A DNA stretch of 42,289 nt from an uncultured Nitrososphaerales archaeon. GTDB taxonomy: Archaea > Thermoproteota > Nitrososphaeria > Nitrososphaerales > Nitrososphaeraceae. The notes under the pieces were generated by a model. It saw nothing but the letters and a program-made list of their open reading frames with translations, was not told the origin of the DNA and did not search any database. Positions within the stretch are counted from its first letter, which is position 1, and the number at the start of each line of letters is the position of its first letter. The translations under genes and the position numbers were made by a program. The DNA is taken from the NCBI GenBank assembly GCA_963709405.1, contig CAVPXM010000022.1, positions 1 through 42,289 of the forward strand. The letters run 5' to 3'. Positions 10,981 through 22,221 of the stretch are shown here, piece after piece.

Positions 10981-11606
10981 AGCGTGGTTGTGGGTTTCCG
11001 TAGAACCAGTACACATGCAAATCTTGGACTATATATCTCATGACATAGAAAAGGTAATACCTAAGAAGTTGGAACAGTTCTTACCATTATTTTAGCTAGT
11101 AACCGGAAGATATCTTCGTTCCTATGGTTGAATCTAAATTCTATTTCTTTAAGGTACAAGTGAAAGTACTTGCTGATTCATTCCTAGCCTCATCAATTAC
11201 GATTTATGGCCAATGTATCGTTTATTCAGAAGCAGATACTCGTTAACCAGAAGCATGTTTTTCCATTGGTCTTGAACGCGAAATGTATTCAAGATTTGAG
11301 AAAAGTGTGATAGTAATGACAATAGAATATTGTAAAAATAGATTAGAGAATTTTCATGATTACTATCCTTGCAGAATGATTTTACTTATGTGCATGATTA
11401 ATTGAGTCTTTTTGTGTTCAAGGATAATTCAGATATTCAGCATATCAAATTCGTGGCTCTCGTACAATTAATACGAGGTGTGACGCATTAACTTAACACA
11501 GCCGAATAGACGGCTTGAATGTGATTTTTTAGCCCTGATGTATACAGGCAAAAAGTCTTTACTAATCGCCGGTTTGAAGAATTTTAAATCGTTATTTAGA
11601 ACTTAC

Positions 11607-11960
11607 TCAACTTCCGAGCAACTTAAGAACATTATGTATGATATTGTTATGATCTCCCTCTACTTCCGTCGTTACAAGAAGCAAATGATCGCTTTCTAAT
11701 GGAAATGTTATACGCTTTATCTTCTCATATTCTGCCATAGCATATCGACCTTTTCCCACCCTAGGAGCAAGTGAATTACGCAATCCCCATCTAGCTAATG
11801 CTTGAAGGTTTGATTTCTTAGTTTCTTCGGGCATGAGCAAGTTCTTAACGCCTTCCCGTTGTCCGCCATATTTTATTTCGCCAGTATCATCACATACGCC
11901 CGCAAAACGAACCTTTGGATCTGAATTTAGAATATCTTTACACAACTTCGCGTAATCCAT
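11607..11960 (-). CDS. DUF6659-type / roadblock-like small protein
   Basis: CKDILNSDPKVRFAGV...G.REG...LL...YAMAEYEKIKRITFPL...LLLVTTE pattern typical of thaumarchaeal paralogues. Confidence 0.75.
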   Translation of the reverse strand: MDYAKLCKDILNSDPKVRFAGVCDDTGEIKYGGQREGVKNLLMPEETKKSNLQALARWGLRNSLAPRVGKGRYAMAEYEKIKRITFPLESDHLLLVTTEVEGDHNNIIHNVLKLLGS

Positions 11961-12325
11961 GGCTATAGATAGAACGACCACGTATAAAAATAAATATACA
12001 AATTCCTTTGGATTCCACCAAAAAATATTATATTATAAAAAACAATAAATTAATTTTCATGTTTAAACGGCCGAAAACCATAAAATTTCTATTCTTTGCA
12101 TATCAATGAGTAAGGGAGCTGGGAACGTAGTGAGCATTGACTACAGAATTGCTAGTCTGATTCATTCAATTTGAATATATCTGACAAAATTCACAAATTT
12201 GGCTCTTGAGTCGATAAACAAAAATAACTTTTTCATTCTTCGTTAATTTAATAACTGCAAATTCGTTCTTATCAAGAGCTATAGGAAATAGTTTTTAAAA
12301 TGATGCGATAGATTATTGTGATCTC

Positions 12326-13070
12326 ATGGACGAAGGAAAAAAAGAAGAACCAATCAGAAATTCCGTTTCCATTCCACTATCCAACTTGACAAGATCGTTC
12401 ACGCTTCAGGGCTATCTTACTATCCCTGAAGAACCAAAAGGAATTGTCTTATTTTCACACGGAAGTGGAAGCGGCAGGAATAGTCCCAGAAATAATTATG
12501 TGGCTCGAGCTTTGAATAAAGATGGACTAGCCACTCTATTGGTAGATTTACTTACATCAGAAGAAGAACAGACTGATATTAGCACAGAGAGGCTCCGAGA
12601 CAAGATTCCAGGCGTCGTATTAAATAAATTTAATATTGCCTTGTTGACAGATCGTCTAATTTCTATGACTGATTGGATTTTACAGAATCCGGATACGAAA
12701 CGTCTTCCACTTGGATACTTTGGGGCTAGTACTGGCACAGCAGCCGCCATTGCTGGCAGCGACAAAGGTTCCTTCTCAGGTTATCGGTGCAATTGTTTCC
12801 CGTTCTGGAAGACCAGATCTTGCCGGAGCCAGCAATTTGAAACTTGTTACCGCTCCGACACTTTTTCTGGTAGGCGGCAATGATTCCCCCTACGTTATTA
12901 AATGGAACAAAAATGCACTCCAAGATATTAGCTCGGAGAAGAAGAAATTGGTAACAATTGCAAATGCAACTCACCTTTTCGAAGAACCTGGCACACTAGA
13001 GGAGGTAGCTCGATTAGCAAGTGGATGGTTTAGGTGTTTCTTCCTAGAAAGTGTACACAGAACCTCGTGA
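12326..13070 (+). CDS. dienelactone hydrolase-like alpha/beta hydrolase (frameshift near 12755)
   Basis: HGSGSGRNSPRN, GYFGASTG nucleophile elbow, VSRSGRPDLAG, GGND and ATHLFEEPG split over two overlapping frames. Confidence 0.85.
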
Positions 13071-14020
13071 ATAGTAATTCAATTACAAATAGATATGTAA
13101 GCACCTATTCCATGCTGGATATATATCACTACTTATATTTCGAATAAATTTTTATCTTACTGCCCCAGGAGAATTGATTCAATTTAGTACTCAAAGAGAA
13201 CAATCCCAATCTCGGTATTTTTCTGGCCTATGCTTCCATCACCATAATTTACTCCTTCTCGATCTGCATTTTTTGTTCCAAGTCATTTATTTGAGCTTTC
13301 ACTGGAAAAATAATGGTGTGTATTAGTAGATTTATATCATTGATTAAATAAAAATACAATTGGCCAAGTATCAAAAGCACTATCAACGCAGGTGAGTCTT
13401 ACAAAAGATCGTACAGAATGGGCATAACCCATCGAGCTTGACTTTGAATGTCGCCATATTATACAAGTCGTAGACCAAATTGTATTGTATTACTACCACT
13501 AATGATAGTCCTCATAATGGAATTGAGGTTAAATAGTTTAAGTTATTTAAGTTTAAGGCCATGTATTCTTCGTATGGTCTATCTCAACTAATCAACTTTG
13601 AGATGTGTAGCATAAGAGATTGATCTTATCTGGTCCAGATAGACATTAAATCATTAGTAATATAATTAGAATGAAGAATCAATTTAGAAGAGGATCAGAT
13701 GTAAGGGCTAAAGGAACGGACAGGCAGATATACATACTTATCAAATTTATGGCGATAATTTAATGACTGAACACTACAGGCTCCCATTTATTTTCGTTAG
13801 TTAAGATAGACGATCCATAAAGAATTTTCAAACTCTTTCTCGAGACCTCAGTTGTAAGATGTAAAGAAAATATTAGTAAGGCTAAATAGATCTACCAACC
13901 AATGCAAGCACTCTGCTGGCAATATCTCGTAAGCTACATTGGTTATTACTAATGAATTGAGCTTTCAAACAAAATTATGATTCATATTGGGAACAATTCA
14001 ATTTGACTTCACGCATCATG

Positions 14021-14797
14021 ATGGTAATTGAAGATTATAATTGGCTTTCGTCCCATTTGGACGATCCAAATATTATTGTTTTGGATGCAAGGGGAAATAT
14101 GCCATATAGATTTGCACACATTGAGAATGCTATACCGCTTGGTCTCGAATATCTTGTATCGATTGCCGATAACGGTGCCAACGTCGTAATTGATGCGAAC
14201 GTTGCAGAAGGACTGTTTTCAAAACTTGGCATAGACCGATCAAAAGCGATTATAGTATACGGCGAGAATATCGACCCAACTGCGGCGAGAATAGTTTGGA
14301 CGTTAATGTATCATGGCCATCCAAACGTCAAGCTGCTGGAGATAGGTTTCAGTCAATGGGCAAGAGAGGGACTGGCAATAAATAAAGGCACACAAGTTCG
14401 CACAAATTCTGATAGCACACATTTTTCACCGCAAATTAATTCCACTATAAGGGCTAATGAACCAATGATAAGAGAGAAATTAAGGAATCCTAGAACAATG
14501 ATTATTGACGCTAGAAGTGCACAGGAACACCTTCAGGCTAGAATTCCTGGATCTGTATTACATAATTGGGAGGAAGGTGTAGGAAGTAATGGAAAGATGT
14601 TCAAAGATAAGGATGAATTGCTAAATGCTTTTGAACAGAATGGCATCACAAAGGATAAAGAAGTGATATGTTATTGCCATTCAGGAACAAGAGCCTCTCA
14701 TCTGTATCTACAATTAAAAGAAGCTGGTTTTCAGAATGTGAGATTATATGACGGTTCAATAATTGATTGGGCACAACATCGCAATCCGCTGAGATAG
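14021..14797 (+). CDS. tandem-domain rhodanese / sulfurtransferase
   Basis: LDAR...HIENA, IIDARS...RIPGS, catalytic YCHSGTRAS, LYDGSIIDW. Start may be 14003, 14018 or 14021. Confidence 0.93.
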   Translation: MVIEDYNWLSSHLDDPNIIVLDARGNMPYRFAHIENAIPLGLEYLVSIADNGANVVIDANVAEGLFSKLGIDRSKAIIVYGENIDPTAARIVWTLMYHGHPNVKLLEIGFSQWAREGLAINKGTQVRTNSDSTHFSPQINSTIRANEPMIREKLRNPRTMIIDARSAQEHLQARIPGSVLHNWEEGVGSNGKMFKDKDELLNAFEQNGITKDKEVICYCHSGTRASHLYLQLKEAGFQNVRLYDGSIIDWAQHRNPLR

Positions 14798-14899
14798 TAT
14801 AGCTACACGAGGTCAATTTCACTTCGCTATGTTCTAATATATAGCGTTGAAAGGAGATAAAATTGCATACAAGAACAAATTGTAATATAACATACTGAC

Positions 14900-15100
14900 G
14901 TACAATGAATCTCTAATCAATCCTTCCTTCTTTCCCTTTCCATTTGTACAGCGAGTTTGCATTGTTCTTCAATATTATTACCTGGTACTTTGGGTAAAAT
15001 CAAACAATTTCTTTAATCTAGCAGTATATTTATCTCTAGTTTGCTTTGGATTCATTGCAAACACAAATCTCGAATACGGATCTTGTTCTAATCCGAGCAT
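14900..15100 (-). pseudogene. N-terminal remnant of an archaeal tyrosine integrase
   Basis: MLGLEQDPYSRFVFAMNPKQTRDKYTARLKKLFDF / VPGNNIEEQC resembles the N-terminus of Nitrososphaera integrases; no catalytic domain follows. Confidence 0.45.
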
Positions 15101-15150
15101 ATTATTTTTTCATTTTCCTAGAATCCTATGTGAGAACTAATACCAATGCG

Positions 15151-15195
15151 AGGCCCAGAAGGTTGTGAATCAAATTTGACCTGATTATGAGCCCC
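15151..15195 (-). other. degenerate tRNA(CAU)-like 3'-half, possible att site relic
   Basis: Minus strand GGGGCTCATAATCAGGTC...GATTCA...CCTTCTGGGCCT has an anticodon-loop-like CTCATAA and an acceptor-like GGGCC, just upstream of the integrase remnant. Confidence 0.3.
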
Positions 15196-15752
15196 AAATG
15201 TAACAGCAAAGTCATTCATCGTGGAAATATCAGCAAGTCATTGGTCCGGGTTCGGTGGAATGCACACCAAATTTGACTCATTTTTGCCACCTAGAAATGG
15301 TCAATGATGGGACTATGACGTCCTTCTAGGATAGATGAAACATCCTCTGATATGCCTCTACTCGTTTCTCTACCAGTTAATTGTGTTCTAGGTTTTTATA
15401 AGTACCAGAAAAAAATAGTAAGGGGTAAATTTTCAACACCCTTACGTCCACTATAGTTAGCCGCGTTAATAAAAAAAAGCCCCTGACACCTATATATTTA
15501 GGTTCATGGATAGAAAGGATCTCTATGTCTATCCTACCAAAAAAGAGAATGCACTGCAATACAATGAATTCCAAGTTCTTATATTCTCAAATTGCACTCC
15601 ATATAGTGGAATTCGAAATGTCAAATTCATGTCATCATCAACATCTAAAAAGCTGTAATCAGACAGGCATGATAATTTAATGATAGGAAAACAAAACCAC
15701 CACCAACAGACCATCCTCAATTTATATAATTCTGGAATCTTACCAGATGTAA

Positions 15753-16640
15753 TTGGTATGCGAGCTAGATATTAGCGAAGATAAAGTTTATCAGGTTATA
15801 AAAAAAGCGGCTAGTGAAGAACTAAGAAAGAAGAGATCTGTCAATCATGTTTCAAATGCTTCTTCACACGGTATGTTCTATCTTGATGCAGTTATTGATA
15901 TCGACTTGGCTATCAAACACGCACAGCATAGTATGTGGAGGGCTTTGAAAGAAGATGTACCGGAGTTTAATATCTCAATGGAAGAAACACAAAATATTCT
16001 TGAAAGATATGCAAAATCTAAAGTCATGCTTGTAATTTTACATATTGATATTGTATGCTCAACTACAATGTCAATGACTCTACCAGTTGACCGGCTTGCA
16101 ACGATAATTCAAACATTTACTCAAGAAATGTCCCTTATTATTGCAGCATACGGTGGATATGTACTAAAGTATGTTGGAGATGCGCTTCTTGCATTTTTCC
16201 CTATAAATTCCGATGATCTGTATCTACCCTGTGTTAACGCAGTAAATTGCGCACATTCTATGGTTAAGGTAATACGGGAGGGTATGAATCCAATCCTAAA
16301 TGAATATGATTATCCAGAGTTGGGAGTGCGTGTAGGTATAGATATTGGTGAGAATGTAGTAGTGCAATATGGCTGGGCGACTCACACTTATAGTATTGAG
16401 GGTATGCAGATAATAAAAAAACCTCACCTTGATGTTCTAGGATATACTATCAGTATTGCATCAAAAATGACAGCATTTGCAAAACCCAATCAAATTGTAA
16501 TTGGTCAGTTAGTATATGATGTATTGGATCGTACACAAAGGTCCACTTTTAAAGTTCTGCCAGTTAGCCCGGATGTTTGGAGTTACGTTAGTAACAATAC
16601 TGGAGATATTTACAGTTTGTATGGTAGTAGCAAGCTGTAA
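15753..16640 (+). CDS. class III adenylate/guanylate cyclase domain protein
   Basis: ILHIDIVCST, GGYVLKYVGDALLAFF, RVGIDIGE, LDVLGYTISIASKM. Start uncertain. Confidence 0.9.
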   Translation: MVCELDISEDKVYQVIKKAASEELRKKRSVNHVSNASSHGMFYLDAVIDIDLAIKHAQHSMWRALKEDVPEFNISMEETQNILERYAKSKVMLVILHIDIVCSTTMSMTLPVDRLATIIQTFTQEMSLIIAAYGGYVLKYVGDALLAFFPINSDDLYLPCVNAVNCAHSMVKVIREGMNPILNEYDYPELGVRVGIDIGENVVVQYGWATHTYSIEGMQIIKKPHLDVLGYTISIASKMTAFAKPNQIVIGQLVYDVLDRTQRSTFKVLPVSPDVWSYVSNNTGDIYSLYGSSKL

Positions 16641-17087
16641 CGCCCCTCCATGTAATCCCAATACTACTAGTTGTCAGTGTAATACATTAGACGATGAAGT
16701 GAATGAATGAACAAATCCATTATTTGCAAGGATGTTATTTTCAGAATAGCAAGACCCGATAATTAATTATGTTGGGATTCTCTGGGAAGCCAGATAAACT
16801 AGTAAAAATAAGAGTTCGTTTAGACTCTTGACTTACATAACTACCTCGCCCCTGCTTAGTAATTCGAACCTAGCGATATCTGATTGTAGTATACTGCGCA
16901 GCGCTTGCAGTCTGTCCTTTGGCATAATTTTCTTATCAGTTCAATGATACATAGTCCAGCACTCACCTCTCACGTGGTCTATGTCTGCGATCGTTTGGTG
17001 ATAGAAAAAACAGAGATCAGACTTGCATAAATCATATAGGTAGGACACTGCCTGCGATTTTAGCGCTTTTATATCATTACAGACTGA

Positions 17088-17289
17088 ACTGAACTATAGA
17101 CATAGATGCATAGTAGAAACTGTCTTTTCATCTATTAAAAGAATGTTTGGTGAGCATGTAACAGCTAGAAAATTTCCTAACATGGTAAAGGAGATCTTCC
17201 TAAAGGCAACGCTGTATAATGTGTTCAATTGAATGATATACCCATTGGTTTACACAAACTAAAGTCTTAAGGAGTCATGCAACAGAGCA
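17088..17289 (+). mobile_element. IS5-family (IS903-like) right-end remnant
   Basis: Reads LNYRHRCIVETVFSSIKRMFGEHVTARKFPNMVKEIFLKATLYNVFN*, homologous to the C-terminus of the 30775 element; ends in IR-like TCATGCAACAGAGCA (17275-17289). Confidence 0.75.
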
Positions 17290-18135
17290 ATTATATAATT
17301 AAATCGAAATATTACCGTATCCGCTCCTTGGCAATACACTAGTGTATATAATCTACTTCTACGATACTACACTAGTAATTACTATTTGATTCGGTGATTC
17401 TCGTATTAATAGCATTTTTAAAGAAGAAATTCCATTACAGCATGACAAGTAGAGACTTGTACCGCGTCTCTAGACATACCCATTATGATTGAAAGTTATA
17501 TCCTATAGTATTTGATTTATGAATCATAACCAAAAGATCTTAGAAAGTCAGCAATGATTTTCATTCATAAGGTCAAGGTCGTGGCCCCTAGCGGATTGTA
17601 AAGAACATATCGAGGACTTTTTTGCAAACAAACAAAAAGATTTCAATACCATTTGAAAGTTTACTACACATAGGATTTCATACATACATTGGTCGAAATC
17701 GATTAAATGTGCATCAGTTTTTAGCAAATTGTAAAGTGTTAGCTATCGTCGGACAAAGGAATAAACCTTTGATTTCTGAAAAAATGGAATATCATTTGTA
17801 GTAGATGCTAACATGTTTTCTCCAAATCCATAAGTGGCAGTTCAGCACAAATATACTTTGCTCGTAGTGTAAAGGATTGAATCACTCATTAACTTTACAT
17901 CAACAAATAGTTCACTCGTGGATGTGTTATGGTATCATTTTTCAACTCGTTGAGGAAATGCTCTCTAATAACCTCTAAATCCAAGATAATCATGACTGGT
18001 CCCCGTTTTCCTCCAATTGTCACTATTATAGTTCTCGTTTTCTGCACAGTTTAAATCCCATTAAAGTTGTCGCCACTCAGAGAACGTTAAGAAAGAATAG
18101 TATCATTAAATCGTGAACTAACTTTATATTTGTGA

Positions 18136-18282
18136 CTATTTTACTCCTTTATTAACATTAAGATAGTTTTTACAGCAATCATCTGAACAAAATAACAGAA
18201 CCCCCTTAACCGTGCTTGAATACCTTATCCCTTCAGTTAGGTCATTAAATTCTTTTCCACATGACTTACATGGTGAGTGCAT
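18136..18282 (-). CDS. TRASH/YHS/zf-FCS-like Cys microprotein, copy A (48 aa; not in ORF track)
   Basis: MHSPCKSCGKEFNDLTEGIRYSSTVKGVLLFCSDDCCKNYLNVNKGVK*; TATA-like TTTATAA ~30 nt upstream; paralogue at 19923. Confidence 0.75.
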   Translation of the reverse strand: MHSPCKSCGKEFNDLTEGIRYSSTVKGVLLFCSDDCCKNYLNVNKGVK

Positions 18283-18415
18283 TTTAGATTATGTATTCTA
18301 GGACTATCTTATTATAAAGTATTTTGAATAATGCTGGGCTTTACATATGCAATATGTGGCATTAGTTTAATCAAAAAAATAAAAATGCTAAGATATATTT
18401 CATGCTTATCGACAT

Positions 18416-18430
18416 AAGCAATTTATATTA
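18416..18430 (+). promoter_or_regulatory. putative archaeal BRE/TATA promoter of the TRAM gene
   Basis: AAGCAA-TTTATAT about 28-34 nt upstream of the TTG start, consistent with a leaderless transcript. Confidence 0.4.
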
Positions 18431-18455
18431 GGATAAGAACCACTGACATCCAAAA

Positions 18456-18734
18456 TTGAGTTACGGTAGAGATAGCGGTTATGGGCGTGGGAGAGGCAGG
18501 AGTTACGGTGGAAGCGGTAATAAAGGTTTCAACAGAGGTTCTCCTGCTCCAAAACCAGTTGAGGTAGGCAAGGAATATGAAGTAGATATTTCAGAAATTA
18601 GTAGGCAAGGAGATGGTATTGCTAGGGTACAAGGATTTATAGTATTTGTTAAGAATGGAAAAGTTAAACAGAATGTTAAGGTTAAGGTTGAGCAAGTAGG
18701 AAATAGGTTTGCTATAGCAACACTTGTTGAATAG
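18456..18734 (+). CDS. single-TRAM domain RNA chaperone with RG/G-rich N-tail
   Basis: PKPVEVGKEYEVDISEISRQGDGIARVQGFIVFVKNG...VKVEQVGNRFAIA; N-terminal YGRGRGRSYGG. Confidence 0.93.
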   Translation: MSYGRDSGYGRGRGRSYGGSGNKGFNRGSPAPKPVEVGKEYEVDISEISRQGDGIARVQGFIVFVKNGKVKQNVKVKVEQVGNRFAIATLVE

Positions 18735-18927
18735 CTATACAACAATTCGCCTTCCCACAGTAGTGTGGTTAATGAAATGTCTTAGGATCTTCTTTTATTT
18801 CGAATCATTATTTAAAGTGGTTTAGTCGATAAGAATTCTATCTCCTATAACGCACTTTAAAAGTAGTACGCTCAAAGATGGAAGGAATACTAAATAAATA
18901 GCGTGTTGAAACTAAAGAGAAGGAAAG

Positions 18928-19155
18928 TTGCCTCGAATTAACTGTAGGATTATACCAGAACCTCAAGAAGGGACAAGACCAATAAACAAGAAGAATGGAA
19001 GTAAAATTGAACCATTTATAGTAGGAACAGGCGAAATAGATTATATTTGTGGTAGATGTGATAACATTATAGCTCACAACGTTTCTCAAGGTCAGATAGC
19101 CTCAGATGCAGTATTTCAATGTCCAAATTGTCAAACATTCAATGAAGTTGAATAA
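18928..19155 (+). CDS. small zinc-ribbon protein (CxxC...CPxC)
   Basis: DYICGRCDNII...VFQCPNCQTFNE. Confidence 0.7.
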   Translation: MPRINCRIIPEPQEGTRPINKKNGSKIEPFIVGTGEIDYICGRCDNIIAHNVSQGQIASDAVFQCPNCQTFNEVE

Positions 19156-19922
19156 GTAGTTCTATTTACCCAAATGTAAAAGATAAAGAAAAACTACACA
19201 GTAGTTAATCTAACATACAATAATTCGTTCCATTACTAGTTCAATTTAAACAGTAAATACGCATTGTATTTATATTTCATCATCTACTTCATTACATTTT
19301 GTGCTATTTGCTATTTGTTGATTTTGTTTAATAATAATAGGACCTTACTAACTATCAGGAGCATACTTGATAGATCGCTCATTGAAGCTTGATACTAATC
19401 CGCTTTGCATTCTATCTTCGAACTTTTAATTGTTCGATATATTAGTATGAATAAGAGGCATACTATCTCTTGGATATTGTAAAAAAATTCAACTTCTGTA
19501 TAAGATGATATCAGCTTTAGAATCATTCACTTTAGCGTATAAAGCAGATTTTAAATTGTCTAGCAGAGAATTAACTAAAAATACGTTAATGACGTTTGTA
19601 AATAACACCGATGTCACCGCTAACCTCTAATTGTCCTACATGTAAAAAACTAGACTAAGCAGATTACTTTTGGTAAAGGTAGGCCAAACATCAAAGTAGA
19701 ATTTGATATGGTTGATGGAACAGCGGGAACAATTAATACTTCATTTATATTCCGCAAATATGTAATTATTAGCATAATTATTTACAGTTTTTTGTACCTG
19801 CATAGAAGGCAAATGAGTTCTCCAGGTTATTTAAGGAATAGATTTGATTTGCGTGTTATCTACCAAGTGATTTACAATGACTATAACTAGTCAGTGATAT
19901 TTACGGTACGATTACATCTAAA

Positions 19923-20087
19923 TCAAGTATGTCCTATTGTTCGGCTCACTTTGCCAAGCCTGTTAAGATAATTTCTACAGCAATCATCTGAGCAAAAGAA
20001 TAGAACTCCCTTAATGGAGCTTGAATAACGTACTCCTTTTAGTCGTTCGTCAAATTCCTTCCCACATGTATTACAAAGCTTCACCAT
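19923..20087 (-). CDS. TRASH/YHS/zf-FCS-like Cys microprotein, copy B (54 aa; not in ORF track)
   Basis: MVKLCNTCGKEFDERLKGVRYSSSIKGVLFFCSDDCCRNYLNRLGKVSRTIGHT*; TTTATAG ~30 nt upstream. Confidence 0.75.
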   Translation of the reverse strand: MVKLCNTCGKEFDERLKGVRYSSSIKGVLFFCSDDCCRNYLNRLGKVSRTIGHT

Positions 20088-20489
20088 TAAGTTATAATAT
20101 CAAGCACGCCTTCCTATAAAGATCTTGTCAATTACATTATTCGGATCATTAAAAGTAATTTATTTGGACTTAATATAGGTTTTAAGTTCGAACACTCTTG
20201 GAGATAGTACCAGTTGAGCTATATGTTAATCTAATAATTACTGGATAATAAACTACTATTGCATAATTTTATTTATTAATTCCTGCTATTCTAATAAGGA
20301 CACAGACCTCGTTTGCATAGTTTGTCTCTCTTGCTCCCAATTTTCTCTCTTTTCTCTCATGTTAATGGCAACTGTAGCTAAAAGCCGAAAATATGCATGC
20401 AGTAAAGTATATTCTGTTACTGCACGTCTATTGCTGCAGTCTTGGAGAGGTTCGTAATAGAATAACTTCTTCTATCATACTGGTTATTA

Positions 20490-21095
20490 TTATTCTCCTT
20501 CTACCGTAGCAATAGAAGCCTCAATTTCAGGCCAAAGTTGTACAACCATATCAGGAATATATGTTTTAATCCAATCAGCCATAGATCGTTCTTCCGCTAA
20601 GCTTTGCGATAGAATATCTATTGCATTAGTTGCATTCAGCCTCTCTGCTAAATGCGTAAGCATATCATACAGGATAATCTCAGCATTCTCTACTATTGCA
20701 TCCTCATTAGCTGCTTTTAGCTCGGACTCTGCATGAGTCATCATTCTTCCAAATTTGTTTGTTAATGATTTGGGAGGAGTAGGAATTGGCAATCGTGCTT
20801 TATCCTTTGTAGCTGCATTTTTCTTACCATCACCAAGATCTGAAATCAATTGCTTTAATCTATCCTGCTGTCCTTTTGTCTCTTCTAAGTGCACTTGAAG
20901 TCGTTGTTTTACATTTTCTATCCTGGTCTGTTTTATTCGTGACTGGAGTCGTTGTACCGCTGCATTTTCTATAGCTAAAGCTTCATTTAAGTGTAGAATA
21001 AGTTTCTGATTAGGTGTAAGTCTTTTTCCTTTCCTTTTTGTGAAGGTGGGAACATTACTTTTTGTTCTTGTTTTAGAGGTTCTTTTTTTTGCCAT
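20490..21095 (-). CDS. DUF892/YciF-like ferritin-fold protein
   Basis: LNEALAIE...HLEETKGQQDRL...IVENAEIILYDML...SLAEERSMADW carboxylate/His pattern; basic N-tail. Confidence 0.8.
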   Translation of the reverse strand: MAKKRTSKTRTKSNVPTFTKRKGKRLTPNQKLILHLNEALAIENAAVQRLQSRIKQTRIENVKQRLQVHLEETKGQQDRLKQLISDLGDGKKNAATKDKARLPIPTPPKSLTNKFGRMMTHAESELKAANEDAIVENAEIILYDMLTHLAERLNATNAIDILSQSLAEERSMADWIKTYIPDMVVQLWPEIEASIATVEGE

Positions 21096-21256
21096 TTGGT
21101 TATTATAGACCTAACTGCATATGTTGCAATATTTGCTTTAACGGTTTCCTATTAGATCTGACTCCTTAAAGGGATAAGCATCTCCCTCACACCTCTTACA
21201 ACCTATTAACCTGGCATATAGCAGTCAGAAATAAGATTCAATTAACTAATTGTACA

Positions 21257-22034
21257 CTAGTTTCCTTTGATGCCATTTGCAACAAGCACTGAATAGCAAC
21301 CAAGACCACATTCTTCACAAATTGGTCTTGATGCATTTTTACTACTATCTGCGCTTCCTATACAGCATGGCCTGCTTTATCCTTCCCATATGATCTAAAG
21401 AGAGTATGGTCCCCGATGGACACTGTACTGGCATAGTACCTATGCCTCCCCAGTTACCTTTCATCACTGATAGCTGCTTTTCTCCATTGATTACAAAATC
21501 AGGGTATTTCTTTCTTAAGGAAATAAGATTGTCAACTACTTTGCTGCGTTTATTTCCAGATGACATCCATAAAGGATCATTTTTTATAAATGGTGTATGA
21601 AATTGAAATCCTATTTTATTCACTTACCCTTCCATTCTTCTGCCAAATTTTCAATGGTATTATAATTTACCGAGTTGATTGTCATCGTAATCCATATGTC
21701 TTTCCATGCTGGCTTACCCTTACCAACTGGGCCTTTTATATACTCTAAAATGTTTTGCTTTGTTTTTGCATATATGCCGTTACATCTGATACTATCATGT
21801 ACTTCTTCTGTTCCATCTAAGGATATCCAATAAAAATATAGATTTTCAAACCATTTTAAAGGATATGTTCCATTTGTTACAACGCATACTCTCCTTGGCA
21901 TTTCATCACAGAAAACTTGAATTATATCTGGAGGCATTATGGGTTCGCCACCAACCAGAGTCACATTGTAGATGTGTTGCTTTTTGAAAGTCCTTCTAAC
22001 AATTTGTCTCCATTGCTCTGCGCTCAGGTCTTCT
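21257..22034 (-). pseudogene. radical SAM protein, 5'-truncated and frameshifted
   Basis: LSAEQW...TLVGGEP...VVTNGT...WISLDG..HDSIR; C-terminal PCCIG...PICEECGLGCY. The N-terminal CxxxCxxC is absent; frameshifts near 21622 and 21372. Confidence 0.8.
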
Positions 22035-22221
22035 GTATGGTACCGGTTGTGTCTACATTAATTCATGTGTTTGTATGCACTTTCAAATGAATAGTCTTGC
22101 CTCGCTTAACAGTCTTGTAATATCGCATGTAATTAGTTTGTAAAGTGAATATGATTACTACTTGGTCGACGTGATTCCTCTGTGTAAAGTGTGACTGGTG
22201 GTTATGAGTTAAGATTCCAAC

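Noticed and set aside
13200-13290. Possible universal stress protein remnant (ADREGVN / GSIG on the minus strand)
   Set aside because: Too short, and it needs frameshifts to align.
18160-20087. Dispersed repeat read as an ncRNA or MITE
   Set aside because: Differences are largely synonymous or conservative in one frame with no indels, so it is coding.
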